Shown piece by piece: positions 19,868-29,346 of a stretch of 64,000 nt of DNA (positions are counted from its first letter, which is position 1; each line of letters begins with the position of its first letter). The notes beneath the pieces are model-generated. The model was not told the DNA's origin. It saw only the letters and a list, made by a program, of their open reading frames with translations, and made no database searches. The DNA lies in contig JAJEJC010000001.1 of the NCBI GenBank assembly GCA_022828105.1, positions 109,471-173,470 on the forward strand, written 5' to 3'. The stretch comes from Dehalococcoidia bacterium (GTDB lineage: Bacteria; Chloroflexota; Dehalococcoidia; Bin125). Made by a program: the position numbers and the translations under genes.

Positions 19868-20377
19868 ATGGCGGCAGCGATGAATGCACGCGCATCCCAA
19901 ACTCCGAATGCGGCGGTGCTGACGCTCTCCGACCAGGGAGCGGCGGGACTGCGCGCCGACACTTCGGGTCCGGCGATTGTGGAGCGCCTAGAATCGCTGG
20001 GAATTCCCGTGGTCGAGCATGCGATGCAGTCCGACGATCCGGACGGCATCGTGGCTCAGCTCCAGCGCTGGATCGATGCCGGGGTCTCGCTGATTGTCAC
20101 TACCGGCGGCACCGGATTCGGTCCGCGAGACCACACGCCGGAGGCGACGCGACGCGTGATTGAGCGCGACGCGCCGGGTCTGGCCGAGCTGATACGAGCC
20201 GACGGGTTGCGCCATACGCCGATGGCCGCGCTGTCGCGGGGCGTCTGCGGCATTGCCGGCCGCACGCTGATCGTCAATCTGCCAGGCTCCGAGCGAGCCG
20301 TCCGCGAGAACCTCGACTCACTGGTACCGGTTCTGCCGCATGCGCTGCAACTAATCGGCGGCGACACGGAACATTAG
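19868..20377 (+). CDS. mogA: molybdopterin adenylyltransferase / MoaB-MogA family
   Basis: AAVLTLSDQGAAGLRADTSGPAIVERL...SLIVTTGGTGFGPRDHTPEA carries the MogA GGTG motif. The start was chosen at ATG 19868; the track ORF extends to 19700. Confidence 0.82.
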   Translation: MAAAMNARASQTPNAAVLTLSDQGAAGLRADTSGPAIVERLESLGIPVVEHAMQSDDPDGIVAQLQRWIDAGVSLIVTTGGTGFGPRDHTPEATRRVIERDAPGLAELIRADGLRHTPMAALSRGVCGIAGRTLIVNLPGSERAVRENLDSLVPVLPHALQLIGGDTEH

Positions 20378-20445
20378 ACACCGAGCATTGAGCACTGCGC
20401 ACTGGGCGCTAAGCCGCGCTGGTCCACGCGCCTACACTGAACCAC

Positions 20446-22176
20446 ATGGCCCAACGCTCGTTTGCCCGCAACATCGCAGAGGCGCGCCGCCGGCTTGCCG
20501 CCGAGACCGGCACGGTACGCAAGGACTGGGGCGGCCGCCTGCCGATCGCGCTGGTGTACCCGAACAGCTACTACCTGGGGATGTCCAATCTGGGCCTGCA
20601 GACGATTTACGGATTGCTCAATCAGCGGCAGGACGTGGTCTGCGAACGCGCCTTCTACGACCCGCCGCACAAGAGCGAGCGCGGCGACGACCCTGCGCTG
20701 GGTCCGGTCACGATCGAATCACAACGGCCGCTGGCCGACTTTCCCGTGGTCGCCTACACGCTCACCTATGAGATCGACTACTACCACGTCGTTCGATCAC
20801 TCCAAGCGGCGCAGATCGAGCCGCTGAGCATCAACCGAGACGATGGCGACCCGCTGATCATCGCCGGCGGCGCAGCCGTGATCACCAATCCGCTGCCCCT
20901 GGCCGATTGCTTTGACGCCTTCGTGATCGGCGAGGCCGAGCCGATCCTGCAGGAGCTGGTGGACACGCTGAACGAGTATGGCTACAGCCCGCGAGCCGAC
21001 CAGCTCGACGCCCTGGCAAGGATTCCCGGCGTGTTCGTTCCCGCTCGAGGCGCAGGAACGGGAGTCGAACGTCAGTGGGTGCGCGACATATCGACCACCG
21101 AGGCGATGTCGCTGGTCCTGACCGACGAGACCGAGTTCAACCAGATGACGCTGATCGAGGCGGCGCGCGGCTGCGGACGCGGCTGCCGATTCTGCATCGC
21201 CGGCTATGTCTTCCGGCCGCCCCGATATCGGCCACTGGAGTCGCTGCTCAACCAGGTCGAGGCCGGACTCGAGCGCAGCAACCGCGTCGGACTATTGGGC
21301 GCGGCCGTGGCCGACCACCCGCAGCTCGCCGAACTCGCCGTTGAGGCCGACCGCATGGGCGGCCGCGTCTCCGTCTCTTCGCTGCGGGTCGACAATCTGG
21401 CGCCGGAACTGTTGGACGTACTCTCGCGCGGCGGCACCCGCACGGTGACGTTGGCGCCGGAGGCGGGCTCGGAGCGGATGCGCCAGCGGATCAACAAGGC
21501 CGTCTCGGAAGACCACATCGTCGACGCCGCCGACAAGGTCGGCGCGGCGGCAATGAACCGGCTCAAGCTCTACTTCATGATCGGCCTGCCCGACGAAGAG
21601 GACGAAGACGTCGATGAGATGGCCAAGCTCGGTCTCGCCGTCAAGGAGCGGCTCGACGCGCACGGTCACGGCACCGAACTGGTGATGTCGGTCGGACCGC
21701 TGGTGCCCAAGCCGGCGACGGCCTACCAGGAGCTGGTCCAGTCGGAGGCAGGGCTGGTCAAGCATCGCCAGCAGATTCTCCAGTCGGCCTTCCGCAAGAC
21801 CGGCATTCGGCTGCGCGGCGACAGTCCGACCTGGGCGCGAATCGACGATATCTGCTCGCGCTCGGACCAGCGACTGGCCCACGCGATCCTGGAGATGGAA
21901 GCGCCGTCCGCGCGCGAGTGGATGCGCGCCGCGAGCCTGTGGAATCTCGACGGACCGTTGCCCTGGGGCGGCGGACCCGGCCCCTGGTCGGCGGTCGAGA
22001 CCGGCATCACGGCGCGCTTCTTCGAGCGCGAACTCTCCAAGCACCTGAGGGAGAAGGCGACCATCGCCTGTCCGCCGCCCGAGATCGGCTGCAATATGTG
22101 CGGCGTCTGCGGCGGCAACGAGATTCCCTCCTACTCGCCCACCATCGTGCCGCTCGAAGCCGTTGCCGGAGGCTGA
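20446..22176 (+). CDS. B12-binding domain / radical SAM protein
   Basis: N-terminal B12-binding-like region and the CGRGCRFCIAGY radical-SAM CxxxCxxC motif. Confidence 0.8.
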   Translation: MAQRSFARNIAEARRRLAAETGTVRKDWGGRLPIALVYPNSYYLGMSNLGLQTIYGLLNQRQDVVCERAFYDPPHKSERGDDPALGPVTIESQRPLADFPVVAYTLTYEIDYYHVVRSLQAAQIEPLSINRDDGDPLIIAGGAAVITNPLPLADCFDAFVIGEAEPILQELVDTLNEYGYSPRADQLDALARIPGVFVPARGAGTGVERQWVRDISTTEAMSLVLTDETEFNQMTLIEAARGCGRGCRFCIAGYVFRPPRYRPLESLLNQVEAGLERSNRVGLLGAAVADHPQLAELAVEADRMGGRVSVSSLRVDNLAPELLDVLSRGGTRTVTLAPEAGSERMRQRINKAVSEDHIVDAADKVGAAAMNRLKLYFMIGLPDEEDEDVDEMAKLGLAVKERLDAHGHGTELVMSVGPLVPKPATAYQELVQSEAGLVKHRQQILQSAFRKTGIRLRGDSPTWARIDDICSRSDQRLAHAILEMEAPSAREWMRAASLWNLDGPLPWGGGPGPWSAVETGITARFFERELSKHLREKATIACPPPEIGCNMCGVCGGNEIPSYSPTIVPLEAVAGG

Positions 22177-22888
22177 CGTGTCGATCGCGAGCAACCTCGA
22201 TCGCGTCAACCATCAGATCGCCGACGCCTGCGCCCGCGCCGGACGCGACCCCTCGGAGGTCGCGTTGATCGCCGTCTCCAAGACGTTTCCGACCTCCTCG
22301 ATCGCCGAGGCGGCTGCCTGCGGTCAACGCCAGTTCGGGGAGAACCGGATACAGGAAGCGCTGGCCAAGATCGCCGAGCTTCCGCAACACGGCATCGAGG
22401 TCGATTCAGACATTGATCTGCACCTGATCGGCCACCTGCAGCGCAACAAGGCGAGGCACGCAGGACAGTTCGCGTCGGTGCAGTCGGTCGACAGCGTGCG
22501 CCTGGCCGAGGCGATCGCGCGCCGATTGGAGCGGGAGCTGCCGATCCTGCTCGAAGTCAACGTCGGGCAAGAAGCGAGCAAGGAAGGATTCCTCGTCTGC
22601 GACGTCGAAGATGCGTACACGCGGATCTCCAGCTTGCCGAACCTGCGGGTCGACGGCCTGATGACCGTCGCGCCGGAGGTTGCCGACGCGGAAGATGTGC
22701 GCCCGGTCTTTCGCCAGTTGCGCGAACTGGCAGAGCGCTTGTCGCTGTCCGAGCTGAGCATGGGTATGACCAACGACTACGCGGTCGCCATCGAGGAGGG
22801 CTCGACCATGGTCCGGATCGGGCGAGCCATTTTCGGCGATCGTCCCAGCGCAGCACGTCCGAGCGAGCCAAGTGGAGGTCCGCAATGA
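22163..22888 (+). CDS. yggS: YggS-family PLP homeostasis protein
   Basis: IAVSKTFP...GENRIQE...HLIGHLQRNKA...LLEVNVGQEASKEGF is the alanine-racemase-N fold. Confidence 0.88.
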   Translation: MPEADVSIASNLDRVNHQIADACARAGRDPSEVALIAVSKTFPTSSIAEAAACGQRQFGENRIQEALAKIAELPQHGIEVDSDIDLHLIGHLQRNKARHAGQFASVQSVDSVRLAEAIARRLERELPILLEVNVGQEASKEGFLVCDVEDAYTRISSLPNLRVDGLMTVAPEVADAEDVRPVFRQLRELAERLSLSELSMGMTNDYAVAIEEGSTMVRIGRAIFGDRPSAARPSEPSGGPQ

Positions 22889-23685
22889 CCAGGATCGCCG
22901 TGATCGGCGGCGGCACCATGGGCGCGACCTTCATCCGCGCCGTGACCGGCGCCGGGCTGGTCGTCGCGGCCGACCTCACGGTCTGCGAGATTGTGCCTGA
23001 ACGGCGGGAGTGGTTGGAGCGGGAGTTCGACGGCCTCAGCGTGACCGACACACAGAGCGAGGCCGTGGCTGGCAGCGACGCGGTCTACCTGTCGGTGAAG
23101 CCGCAGGACCTGGCCTCGTTGAGTGACGGCTCGGGGAGCGATGCCCGACTGCTGATTTCAATCCTTGCCGGCTCGACGATCGCCGAAGTGCAACGCTCGA
23201 CCGGCGCGAACCGCATCGTGCGGGCAATGCCCAACACTCCGGCCCAAATCGGCAAGGGATTCACCGCCTGGACGGCGACCGAGAGCGTGACGGAGGATGA
23301 CCGGAGCCTGGTCGGCGCACTGTTGGACACGATGGGCGAGCAGCTCTATGTGCCGGACGAATCGACGATTGACAAGATCACGGCGGTCTCGGGCAGCGGA
23401 CCGGCCTATGTCTTCCTGATCATCGAAGCGATGATTAACGCGGCAGTGCAGGTCGGCCTACGGCCGGACGACGCGCGCCGCATGGTGCTGCAAACCGTGA
23501 TCGGATCTGCCGAGTTCGCGGCTCATTCGGGACAACATCCAGCGGCGCTCAAGGATATGGTGACCTCACCGGGCGGAACCACCGCGGCCGGGTTGCGCGT
23601 GTTGGAACAGCGAGCGGTGCGCGCCGCGTTGATTGACGCCGTCGCCGCGGCGCACCGACGAGCGGAAGAGCTGGGATCACCATGA
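22885..23685 (+). CDS. proC: pyrroline-5-carboxylate reductase
   Basis: IAVIGGGTMGATF...LSVKPQD...SGSGPAYVFLIIEAM...VTSPGGTT. It overlaps neighbouring genes by 4 nt on both sides. Confidence 0.9.
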   Translation: MTRIAVIGGGTMGATFIRAVTGAGLVVAADLTVCEIVPERREWLEREFDGLSVTDTQSEAVAGSDAVYLSVKPQDLASLSDGSGSDARLLISILAGSTIAEVQRSTGANRIVRAMPNTPAQIGKGFTAWTATESVTEDDRSLVGALLDTMGEQLYVPDESTIDKITAVSGSGPAYVFLIIEAMINAAVQVGLRPDDARRMVLQTVIGSAEFAAHSGQHPAALKDMVTSPGGTTAAGLRVLEQRAVRAALIDAVAAAHRRAEELGSP

Positions 23686-23948
23686 GTGAAGTGCTGGTCA
23701 TCATCGGCATCGCGATCAACATCTACTCGTTCATCCTGCTCGCGCGCGTGCTGATGAGTTGGATCCCGATGTTCACGAATCGGCCGCTCGACCCATACAA
23801 TCCGCTGGTCAAGTTTCTACTCGACGTGACCGAGCCGGTCCTGGCCCCGCTGCGGCGATACCTGGTGATCGGGATGATCGACCTCTCGCCGCTTGCCGCG
23901 CTGATCCTGCTGCAGGTGATCGGCAGCGCAGTCCTCAACAGCGCCTGA
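23682..23948 (+). CDS. yggT: YggT-family membrane protein
   Basis: 88 aa with two TM segments and the YggT signature LLARVLMSWIP. Confidence 0.82.
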   Translation: MSEVLVIIGIAINIYSFILLARVLMSWIPMFTNRPLDPYNPLVKFLLDVTEPVLAPLRRYLVIGMIDLSPLAALILLQVIGSAVLNSA

Positions 23949-23960
23949 GCACCCATCGAG

Positions 23961-24010
23961 CTAGTTCTCGAACGTTTGCTTGACATTGTTCCATTCCTTC
24001 GGTAGCTTGC
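23961..24010 (+). promoter_or_regulatory. recA promoter (TTGACA-17-TAGCTT) with an overlapping Cheo-like imperfect palindrome GTTCtcGAACgtttGCTT
   Basis: -35 TTGACA at about 23979-23984 and -10 TAGCTT at about 24002-24007. GAAC/GTTC half-sites typical of Gram-positive-type LexA boxes overlap the -35. A strong SD (GGAGGG) sits 12 nt before the ATG at 24073. Confidence 0.3.
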
Positions 24011-24072
24011 GCAGCACAGACGTTCGCACACCTTCAACCAAAGCCGCGAACGATCCGGAGGGAGCGCATATT

Positions 24073-25284
24073 ATGACGAGTACCACGACCGTTGATCGCG
24101 ACACGCCGCTCGCACTGGGAACCGACACGCAGGAGCCCGCACAGGAGCCTTTGTCCATGACCACTGCCAACGAACCACCGCCCGCCGTCGAGGATCTGTT
24201 GGGAGACATGGAGCGCCGTTTCGGCGAGGGTGCGCTGATGCGCCTCGGCGACGCCGGCACGCGACTCAATGTGGACGGAATACCGACCGGCGCGCTCTCG
24301 CTCGATGTCGCCCTGGGTATCGGCGGCCTGCCGCGAGGCCGAATCGTCGAAATCTACGGTCCCGAGTCGGCCGGCAAGTCAACCGTCGCGCAGCACGTGA
24401 TCGCCGAAGCGCAACGCCTCGGCGGCCAGGCGGCTTACATCGATGTCGAGCATGCGCTTGATCCCGAGTTTGCCGGCCGGCTGGGCATCGACACCTCGCA
24501 ACTCCTGATCGCCCAACCAGACACCGGCGAGCAGGCGCTGGAGATCGCCGAAGCGCTCGTGCGCAGCAATGCGATCGACGTGGTCGTGGTCGACTCCGTC
24601 GCCGCCTTGGTCCCGCGCGCCGAGATCGAGGGGGAGATGGGAGACGTGCAGGTTGGACTCCAGGCCCGCCTGATGTCGCAGGCGCTGCGCAAGCTGACCG
24701 GCGTCGTGTCGCGTTCCAAGACCGTGCTGATCTTCATCAACCAGCTTCGCGAGAAGGTTGGCATCGTCTTCGGCAATCCCGAGACCACTCCTGGCGGCCG
24801 CGCGCTCAAGTTCTACTCCTCGGTCCGCATCGAGCTGCGCCGTGCCGAAACGCTCAAGGACGGGCAACTCGTAATCGGCTCGCGAGTCAAAGCCAAGGTG
24901 GTCAAGAACAAGGTCGCGCCGCCCTTCCGCACCGCCGAGTTCGATCTCATGTTCACTGCCGAGGAGTACGGCATCTCCAAGACCGGATGCCTGATCGACC
25001 TCGGCTCAGAAGCGGCGCCAGGCGCGCCGACTGGAGCGCCCTCGGTGATCAAGAAGCAGGGATCGTTCTACTCGTACGGCGAAACCCGCCTCGGACAGGG
25101 CCGCGAGCGGACCAAGGCCTTCCTGCGCGAGCACCCGGACGTAGCCGTCGAGATCGAAGATCGCATCCGCGAGGAACGAGGGCTGCCCAACGCTGTCACG
25201 CTGACTCCCGAGGAGGGCGCCGACGCGGCTGCTCCGATCGCCAAGCCTCCGCCGAAGAAGAAGGCTCGCGCCCGCGCGAGCTGA
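24073..25284 (+). CDS. recA: recombinase RecA
   Basis: [17 protein letters not shown] is the Walker A motif, followed by the L1/L2 loops and [11 protein letters not shown]. The start was chosen at ATG 24073 on the basis of the SD. There is an approximately 40-aa low-complexity N-terminal extension and a short [11 protein letters not shown] insertion near the C-terminus. Confidence 0.96.
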   Translation: MTSTTTVDRDTPLALGTDTQEPAQEPLSMTTANEPPPAVEDLLGDMERRFGEGALMRLGDAGTRLNVDGIPTGALSLDVALGIGGLPRGRIVEIYGPESAGKSTVAQHVIAEAQRLGGQAAYIDVEHALDPEFAGRLGIDTSQLLIAQPDTGEQALEIAEALVRSNAIDVVVVDSVAALVPRAEIEGEMGDVQVGLQARLMSQALRKLTGVVSRSKTVLIFINQLREKVGIVFGNPETTPGGRALKFYSSVRIELRRAETLKDGQLVIGSRVKAKVVKNKVAPPFRTAEFDLMFTAEEYGISKTGCLIDLGSEAAPGAPTGAPSVIKKQGSFYSYGETRLGQGRERTKAFLREHPDVAVEIEDRIREERGLPNAVTLTPEEGADAAAPIAKPPPKKKARARAS

Positions 25285-25327
25285 CCCGGCGAGTCGTGAG
25301 CAGCGCGCCATGCCATTGGGCTGAGCC

Positions 25328-25819
25328 GTGACCGCCGTCGTCTCCGTCCGACCCACTGGAGCCGTGTCCGTCGTCGACTTCGACGACGGCACGTCCTTCC
25401 GCTGCACGCGCGACTTTGCGCGTCGCTCGCAACTCGGTCGTGGACAGCAGATCGACGATGTCTTCGTGGCTCGCCTGCGCGAATCGGCTTCCCGCGACCT
25501 GGCGCTCTCCGAGGCGCAGCGACTGAATCGCCGCCAGCGATACAGCCGCCGCGAGATGCGCAACAAACTGCTCCATGGCGACATCACGGCTAGCGCTGCA
25601 GACCTGGCGCTGGACGAACTCGAAGGGCGCGGCGAACTCGATGATCTCGTCGTCGCGCGTCAGGCCGCGAGCAAGGGACTGCGCCAGTTGTTGAGTCGCG
25701 ATCCCTCCCTGACCGAGAGCGGCTTCTACACCGTGCAGCAGCGCAGGCTGTTGCTGCGCGGGTTCGGCTCGGGCACCGCTTCCGCCGCCTGCCGGGAGGC
25801 GTGGTTGGATGTGCGTTAG
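25328..25819 (+). CDS. recX: RecA regulator RecX
   Basis: About 160-aa helical-repeat protein located immediately after recA. Confidence 0.8.
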   Translation: MTAVVSVRPTGAVSVVDFDDGTSFRCTRDFARRSQLGRGQQIDDVFVARLRESASRDLALSEAQRLNRRQRYSRREMRNKLLHGDITASAADLALDELEGRGELDDLVVARQAASKGLRQLLSRDPSLTESGFYTVQQRRLLLRGFGSGTASAACREAWLDVR

Positions 25820-25977
25820 CCGCTACTGGCGCCGAATTGTCAGGGGTCGTAAACTGAGACTCCCAAACACCCTGCCGCCCGGGTCCGACCGAGAGGCGGA
25901 TGACGGCGGCGATCAATACGCAACTGTGATGACCGGCAACGCTTTCGCAATGCCACTTCAACTGAGTCGAGGACACC

Positions 25978-27468
25978 ATGTGGGGAGCCCTGATGAGGCT
26001 CCTGCGCGGCGGGCCCGATCCGCGGATCGAGGCCACGCTGGAAGCCGAACGCATCATGCAACAGGCCCGCGAACGGGCCGATCGCGAGGCGAGTGAGCGG
26101 CTACAGCAGGCGCAGGAGCAAGCCCGAACGGAACGCGACGAAATCCTGGCCGACGTGCGCGGCGCGCGCGACGACCTGCAGCGGGCAGTGGACCGCTTGG
26201 ACCGGCGCGAGTCGTCGTTGGACGATCGCGCCCGCTCGCTGGAAGAGCGAGACGACAACCTGAATCGCGACCGTGAACGGCTGGATCGCCGCAGCGCCCA
26301 GCTAGACGAGCGCGAAGCGGAGCACGACCGGCGGCTGGAAGAGGTATCCAACTTCACACGGGACGAAGCGCGCACTGTGCTCTTCGAGCAGGTCGAACAG
26401 GAGATCTCCGACGAGGCGAGCCGGCTCGTCCGCGAGGCCGAGCAGAAGGCCAAGGACGACGCGGACGCCCGCGCCCGCAAGATCGTGGCTACCGCCATCC
26501 AGCGCGTCGCCTCCGAGGTCACGACCGAGTCGACCGTCTCAATCGTCCAGATCCCCTCGGACGAAATGAAGGGCCGAATCATCGGTCGCGAGGGACGCAA
26601 CATTCGCGCCCTGGAGTCCGCGCTCGGCTGCGATCTGATCATTGACGACACGCCGGATGTCGTGACCGTCTCCGGCTTCGACCCGGTGCGCCGCGAAGTC
26701 GGCCGCCTGTCACTGAGCCGGCTGGTCTCCGACGGCCGCATTCATCCCACGCGGATCGAGGAGACGGTCGCCAAGGCCCAGCGGGACGTCGACCGAATCA
26801 TCCGCGAGTCGGGCGATGAGGCCGCCATTGAAGCGCACTGCAGCGGTCTCCCGCGCGAGATGCTTGACATCTTCGGCCGCCTCCGCTTCCGCACCAGCTA
26901 CGGCCAGAATCAGCTCCGCCACGCGGTCGAGACCGCGCACATTGGCGCGATGATCGCACAGGAGCTTCACGCCGACGTTGAAATCACACGGCGCGGCTCG
27001 CTGCTGCACGATGTGGGCAAGGCGATCGACCACGAGGTCGAGGGCACGCACGCAATCATTGGCGGCGACCTCGCCCGCCGCTTCAAGATGTCGGAGGAGA
27101 TCGCCCATTGCATCGAAGCGCACCACGACGAAGTTGAGCTGCGCACGGTCGAAGCGATCATCGTGCAGATGGCCGACGCCATTTCCGGCGGACGCCCCGG
27201 CGCGCGGCGCGAGTCGGTGGAACGCTACATCGAGCGCCTGCGCTCGCTTGAGGACATTGCGACATCGTTCGAGGGCGTGGGCCAGGCCTACGCAATCCAG
27301 GCCGGCCGCGAAGTGCGCGTCGTGGTTGACCCTCGCGAGGTCGATGACCTTGGCGCGATGCGGCTGGCGCGCGACATCTCGAAGCAAATCGAGGAGTCGC
27401 TGCAGTATCCCGGCCAGATTCGCGTCACCGTCCTGCGCGAAACCCGCGCGGCGGAGTACGCGCGATAG
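25978..27468 (+). CDS. rny: ribonuclease Y
   Basis: Coiled-coil N-terminus, KH domain (IPSDEMKGRIIGREGRNIRALE) and HD domain (HDVGKAIDHE...AHHDE). The N-terminal TM anchor is absent. Confidence 0.93.
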   Translation: MWGALMRLLRGGPDPRIEATLEAERIMQQARERADREASERLQQAQEQARTERDEILADVRGARDDLQRAVDRLDRRESSLDDRARSLEERDDNLNRDRERLDRRSAQLDEREAEHDRRLEEVSNFTRDEARTVLFEQVEQEISDEASRLVREAEQKAKDDADARARKIVATAIQRVASEVTTESTVSIVQIPSDEMKGRIIGREGRNIRALESALGCDLIIDDTPDVVTVSGFDPVRREVGRLSLSRLVSDGRIHPTRIEETVAKAQRDVDRIIRESGDEAAIEAHCSGLPREMLDIFGRLRFRTSYGQNQLRHAVETAHIGAMIAQELHADVEITRRGSLLHDVGKAIDHEVEGTHAIIGGDLARRFKMSEEIAHCIEAHHDEVELRTVEAIIVQMADAISGGRPGARRESVERYIERLRSLEDIATSFEGVGQAYAIQAGREVRVVVDPREVDDLGAMRLARDISKQIEESLQYPGQIRVTVLRETRAAEYAR

Positions 27469-27482
27469 CCAGCGAGGCAGGC

Positions 27483-28319
27483 GTGGCCAGGCTGGACCTG
27501 CACATGCACAGCACCCGCTCGGACGGCCGCCACGCGCCGGCGTGGGTCGTCCAACAGGCCGCAGCGCAGGGCGCTGAGCTGATCGCGCTCTCCGACCACG
27601 ACACCCTCGCCGGCGTCGAAGAGGCGCGCGAAGCGGGCAAACCGCTGAGCGTTACCGTCGTCGCCGCAGTCGAGGTCAGCGTCATTGATCAGGCATTGGG
27701 CGAGCTGCACGTGCTCGGCTATCTGCCGTCGCGCGACGAACTAGTCAACCTGGAACTGAAACTCTCGGAGTACCGCAACGAGCGCGTTGGCCGCGCGCGG
27801 CGCACGCTCGAACTGCTCCGGGATCTGGGCGCGGCCGTCGAGGAAGACGCGGTCTTGCGGCACGCAGACGGAGGCGTGATCGGCCGCCCGCATATCGCCC
27901 GGGCGCTGGTCGACGCGGGCCATGTCGAGTCCGTCCAGGAGGCCTTCGACCGCTTTTTGCACAACGGCGGCCCGGCTTTCGTCCAGCGCTCGGTGCTGAG
28001 CATGGAGGAATCGATCGAGCTGATTCACGGCGTCGGCGGCATCGCCTCGCTCGCTCACCCGACGCGATATCGGGAGACCGAAGCATCTATCGAGTCCTTC
28101 GCGGCGGCCGGTGGCGACGGAATCGAGATTTACTATCGCAACGACCCGCCTGATGTGGTCGCGAACGGCGAGCGGCTGGCGAGTCGACTTAGTCTCGTGG
28201 CGACCGGGGGCTCCGACTTCCATGGCATCCACCCCGACGAGATGCTGCCCGCGACAGTGCCGATCCCCGACCATGCCGCCGGGCGGCTGTTGGACTTGAT
28301 GAAAGACCTCGCCACATGA
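27483..28319 (+). CDS. PHP-family metal-dependent phosphoesterase
   Basis: [14 protein letters not shown]...ALSDHDT...LAHP...GGSDFHG are PHP His/Asp motifs. Confidence 0.8.
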   Translation: MARLDLHMHSTRSDGRHAPAWVVQQAAAQGAELIALSDHDTLAGVEEAREAGKPLSVTVVAAVEVSVIDQALGELHVLGYLPSRDELVNLELKLSEYRNERVGRARRTLELLRDLGAAVEEDAVLRHADGGVIGRPHIARALVDAGHVESVQEAFDRFLHNGGPAFVQRSVLSMEESIELIHGVGGIASLAHPTRYRETEASIESFAAAGGDGIEIYYRNDPPDVVANGERLASRLSLVATGGSDFHGIHPDEMLPATVPIPDHAAGRLLDLMKDLAT

Positions 28320-28774
28320 CCGACTATCAGCTGCCGCTCGATGTCCGCGCCATCCAGCGGATCATCCCGCACCGATACCCGATCCTGCTGGTCGATCGGA
28401 TTGTCGAGCTTGAGCCGGGCGCGCGCGCCGTGGGGCTGAAGAACGTGTCGGCCAACGAATGGTTCTTTGAGGGCCACTTTCCCGGCAATCCGATCATGCC
28501 GGGTGTGTTGATCGTGGAGGCGCTTGCGCAGACGGGCGCGGTCGCGGCGCTCTCGGCGGATGAGTACAAAGACAAACTGGGCCTTTTCGCGGGAATCGAC
28601 GGCGTCCGTTTCCGCCGCCAGGTGGCGCCCGGCGATCAGCTCCGCCTCGAAGTCGAGATGGAACGTCTGCGCCGAGGGATCGGCCGGGCCGCTGCACGAG
28701 CCACGGTCGACGGCGACATCGCCGCCGAGGGTCGGCTCACCTTCGCCCTTGTTGATCCGCCCGACGAGGTCTAG
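28316..28774 (+). CDS. fabZ: 3-hydroxyacyl-ACP dehydratase FabZ
   Basis: [19 protein letters not shown]...[27 protein letters not shown] is the hot-dog fold catalytic motif. Confidence 0.93.
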   Translation: MTDYQLPLDVRAIQRIIPHRYPILLVDRIVELEPGARAVGLKNVSANEWFFEGHFPGNPIMPGVLIVEALAQTGAVAALSADEYKDKLGLFAGIDGVRFRRQVAPGDQLRLEVEMERLRRGIGRAAARATVDGDIAAEGRLTFALVDPPDEV

Positions 28775-28797
28775 CGATCAGGCCTGGCGTCCCTGCG

Positions 28798-29196
28798 TCA
28801 GAGGGAAATCGCCGCCCATAGTCCGAGTACCAGCCCGACGCTGACCACCGTCGTGATCGCGACCCATCGCAGGTCGCCTCGGACGTAGTGGAAGTCGTGC
28901 ATCGCGGCGGCGGCGCGGGCCCGACGGTCGCGACGCTCGTGCGCGCCGGAGGCGGCGCCTCGCGGTCCGCCGGGCTGTCGCGCTGCGCCGATCCGTGTCG
29001 GCTGCTGGACGCTGCCGCTCAGCGATGCGCCCGCAGGAGCCTGAGCTGCGCCCGCCTGCGCGGTCGGCAAGCGATCTTCCCGCGCTCTCCGACCTCGCCG
29101 ACCCTGCGGCCGTGCTGCCTGCTGAGAACGGTTCGAGCCGCCTCTGCCTCGTCGTGATCCGCGTGCCATCTGCAACCTCCGACGCTTGCCGATCAC
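28798..29196 (-). CDS. hypothetical small Arg-rich protein with a C-terminal TM
   Basis: The C-terminal segment MHDFHYVRGDLRWVAITTVVSVGLVLGLWAAISL has coding-like GC3. The N-terminal Arg-rich part may not be translated. Confidence 0.25.
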   Translation of the reverse strand: MIGKRRRLQMARGSRRGRGGSNRSQQAARPQGRRGRRAREDRLPTAQAGAAQAPAGASLSGSVQQPTRIGAARQPGGPRGAASGAHERRDRRARAAAAMHDFHYVRGDLRWVAITTVVSVGLVLGLWAAISL

Positions 29197-29245
29197 CCTA
29201 CGCTGTGTTGCCGTACTCTGCCAGTCGGCGTAGAGTGGGGCCTAC

Positions 29246-29322
29246 GGCCCCGTGGTGTAGCGGCCTAACACGCCACCCTGTCAAGGTGGAGATCGGCGGT
29301 TCGAATCCGCTCGGGGTCGCCA
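29246..29322 (+). tRNA. tRNA-Asp (anticodon GTC), CCA encoded
   Basis: Hand-folded cloverleaf. Acceptor GGCCCCG/CGGGGTC, D-stem GTGT/ACAC, anticodon stem CCACC/GGTGG with loop CTGTCAA (GTC), T-arm GGCGG-TTCGAAT-CCGCT, discriminator G, CCA. Confidence 0.9.
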
Positions 29323-29346
29323 CCTGCTTCCATTTCTTTGGTTTAC

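Noticed and set aside
22163-23948. yggS-proC-yggT as a displaced piece of the ylm/sepF division-cluster extension
   Set aside because: The genes are real, but sepF and divIVA are absent and the block is on the opposite strand from ftsZ. I could not support a functional link beyond common synteny, so it is annotated but not raised as a finding.
24073-25284. Possible intein in RecA
   Set aside because: The protein is only about 50 aa longer than typical RecA, with the extra residues accounted for by a low-complexity N-terminal extension and an 11-aa loop insertion. No Hint/endonuclease blocks are present.
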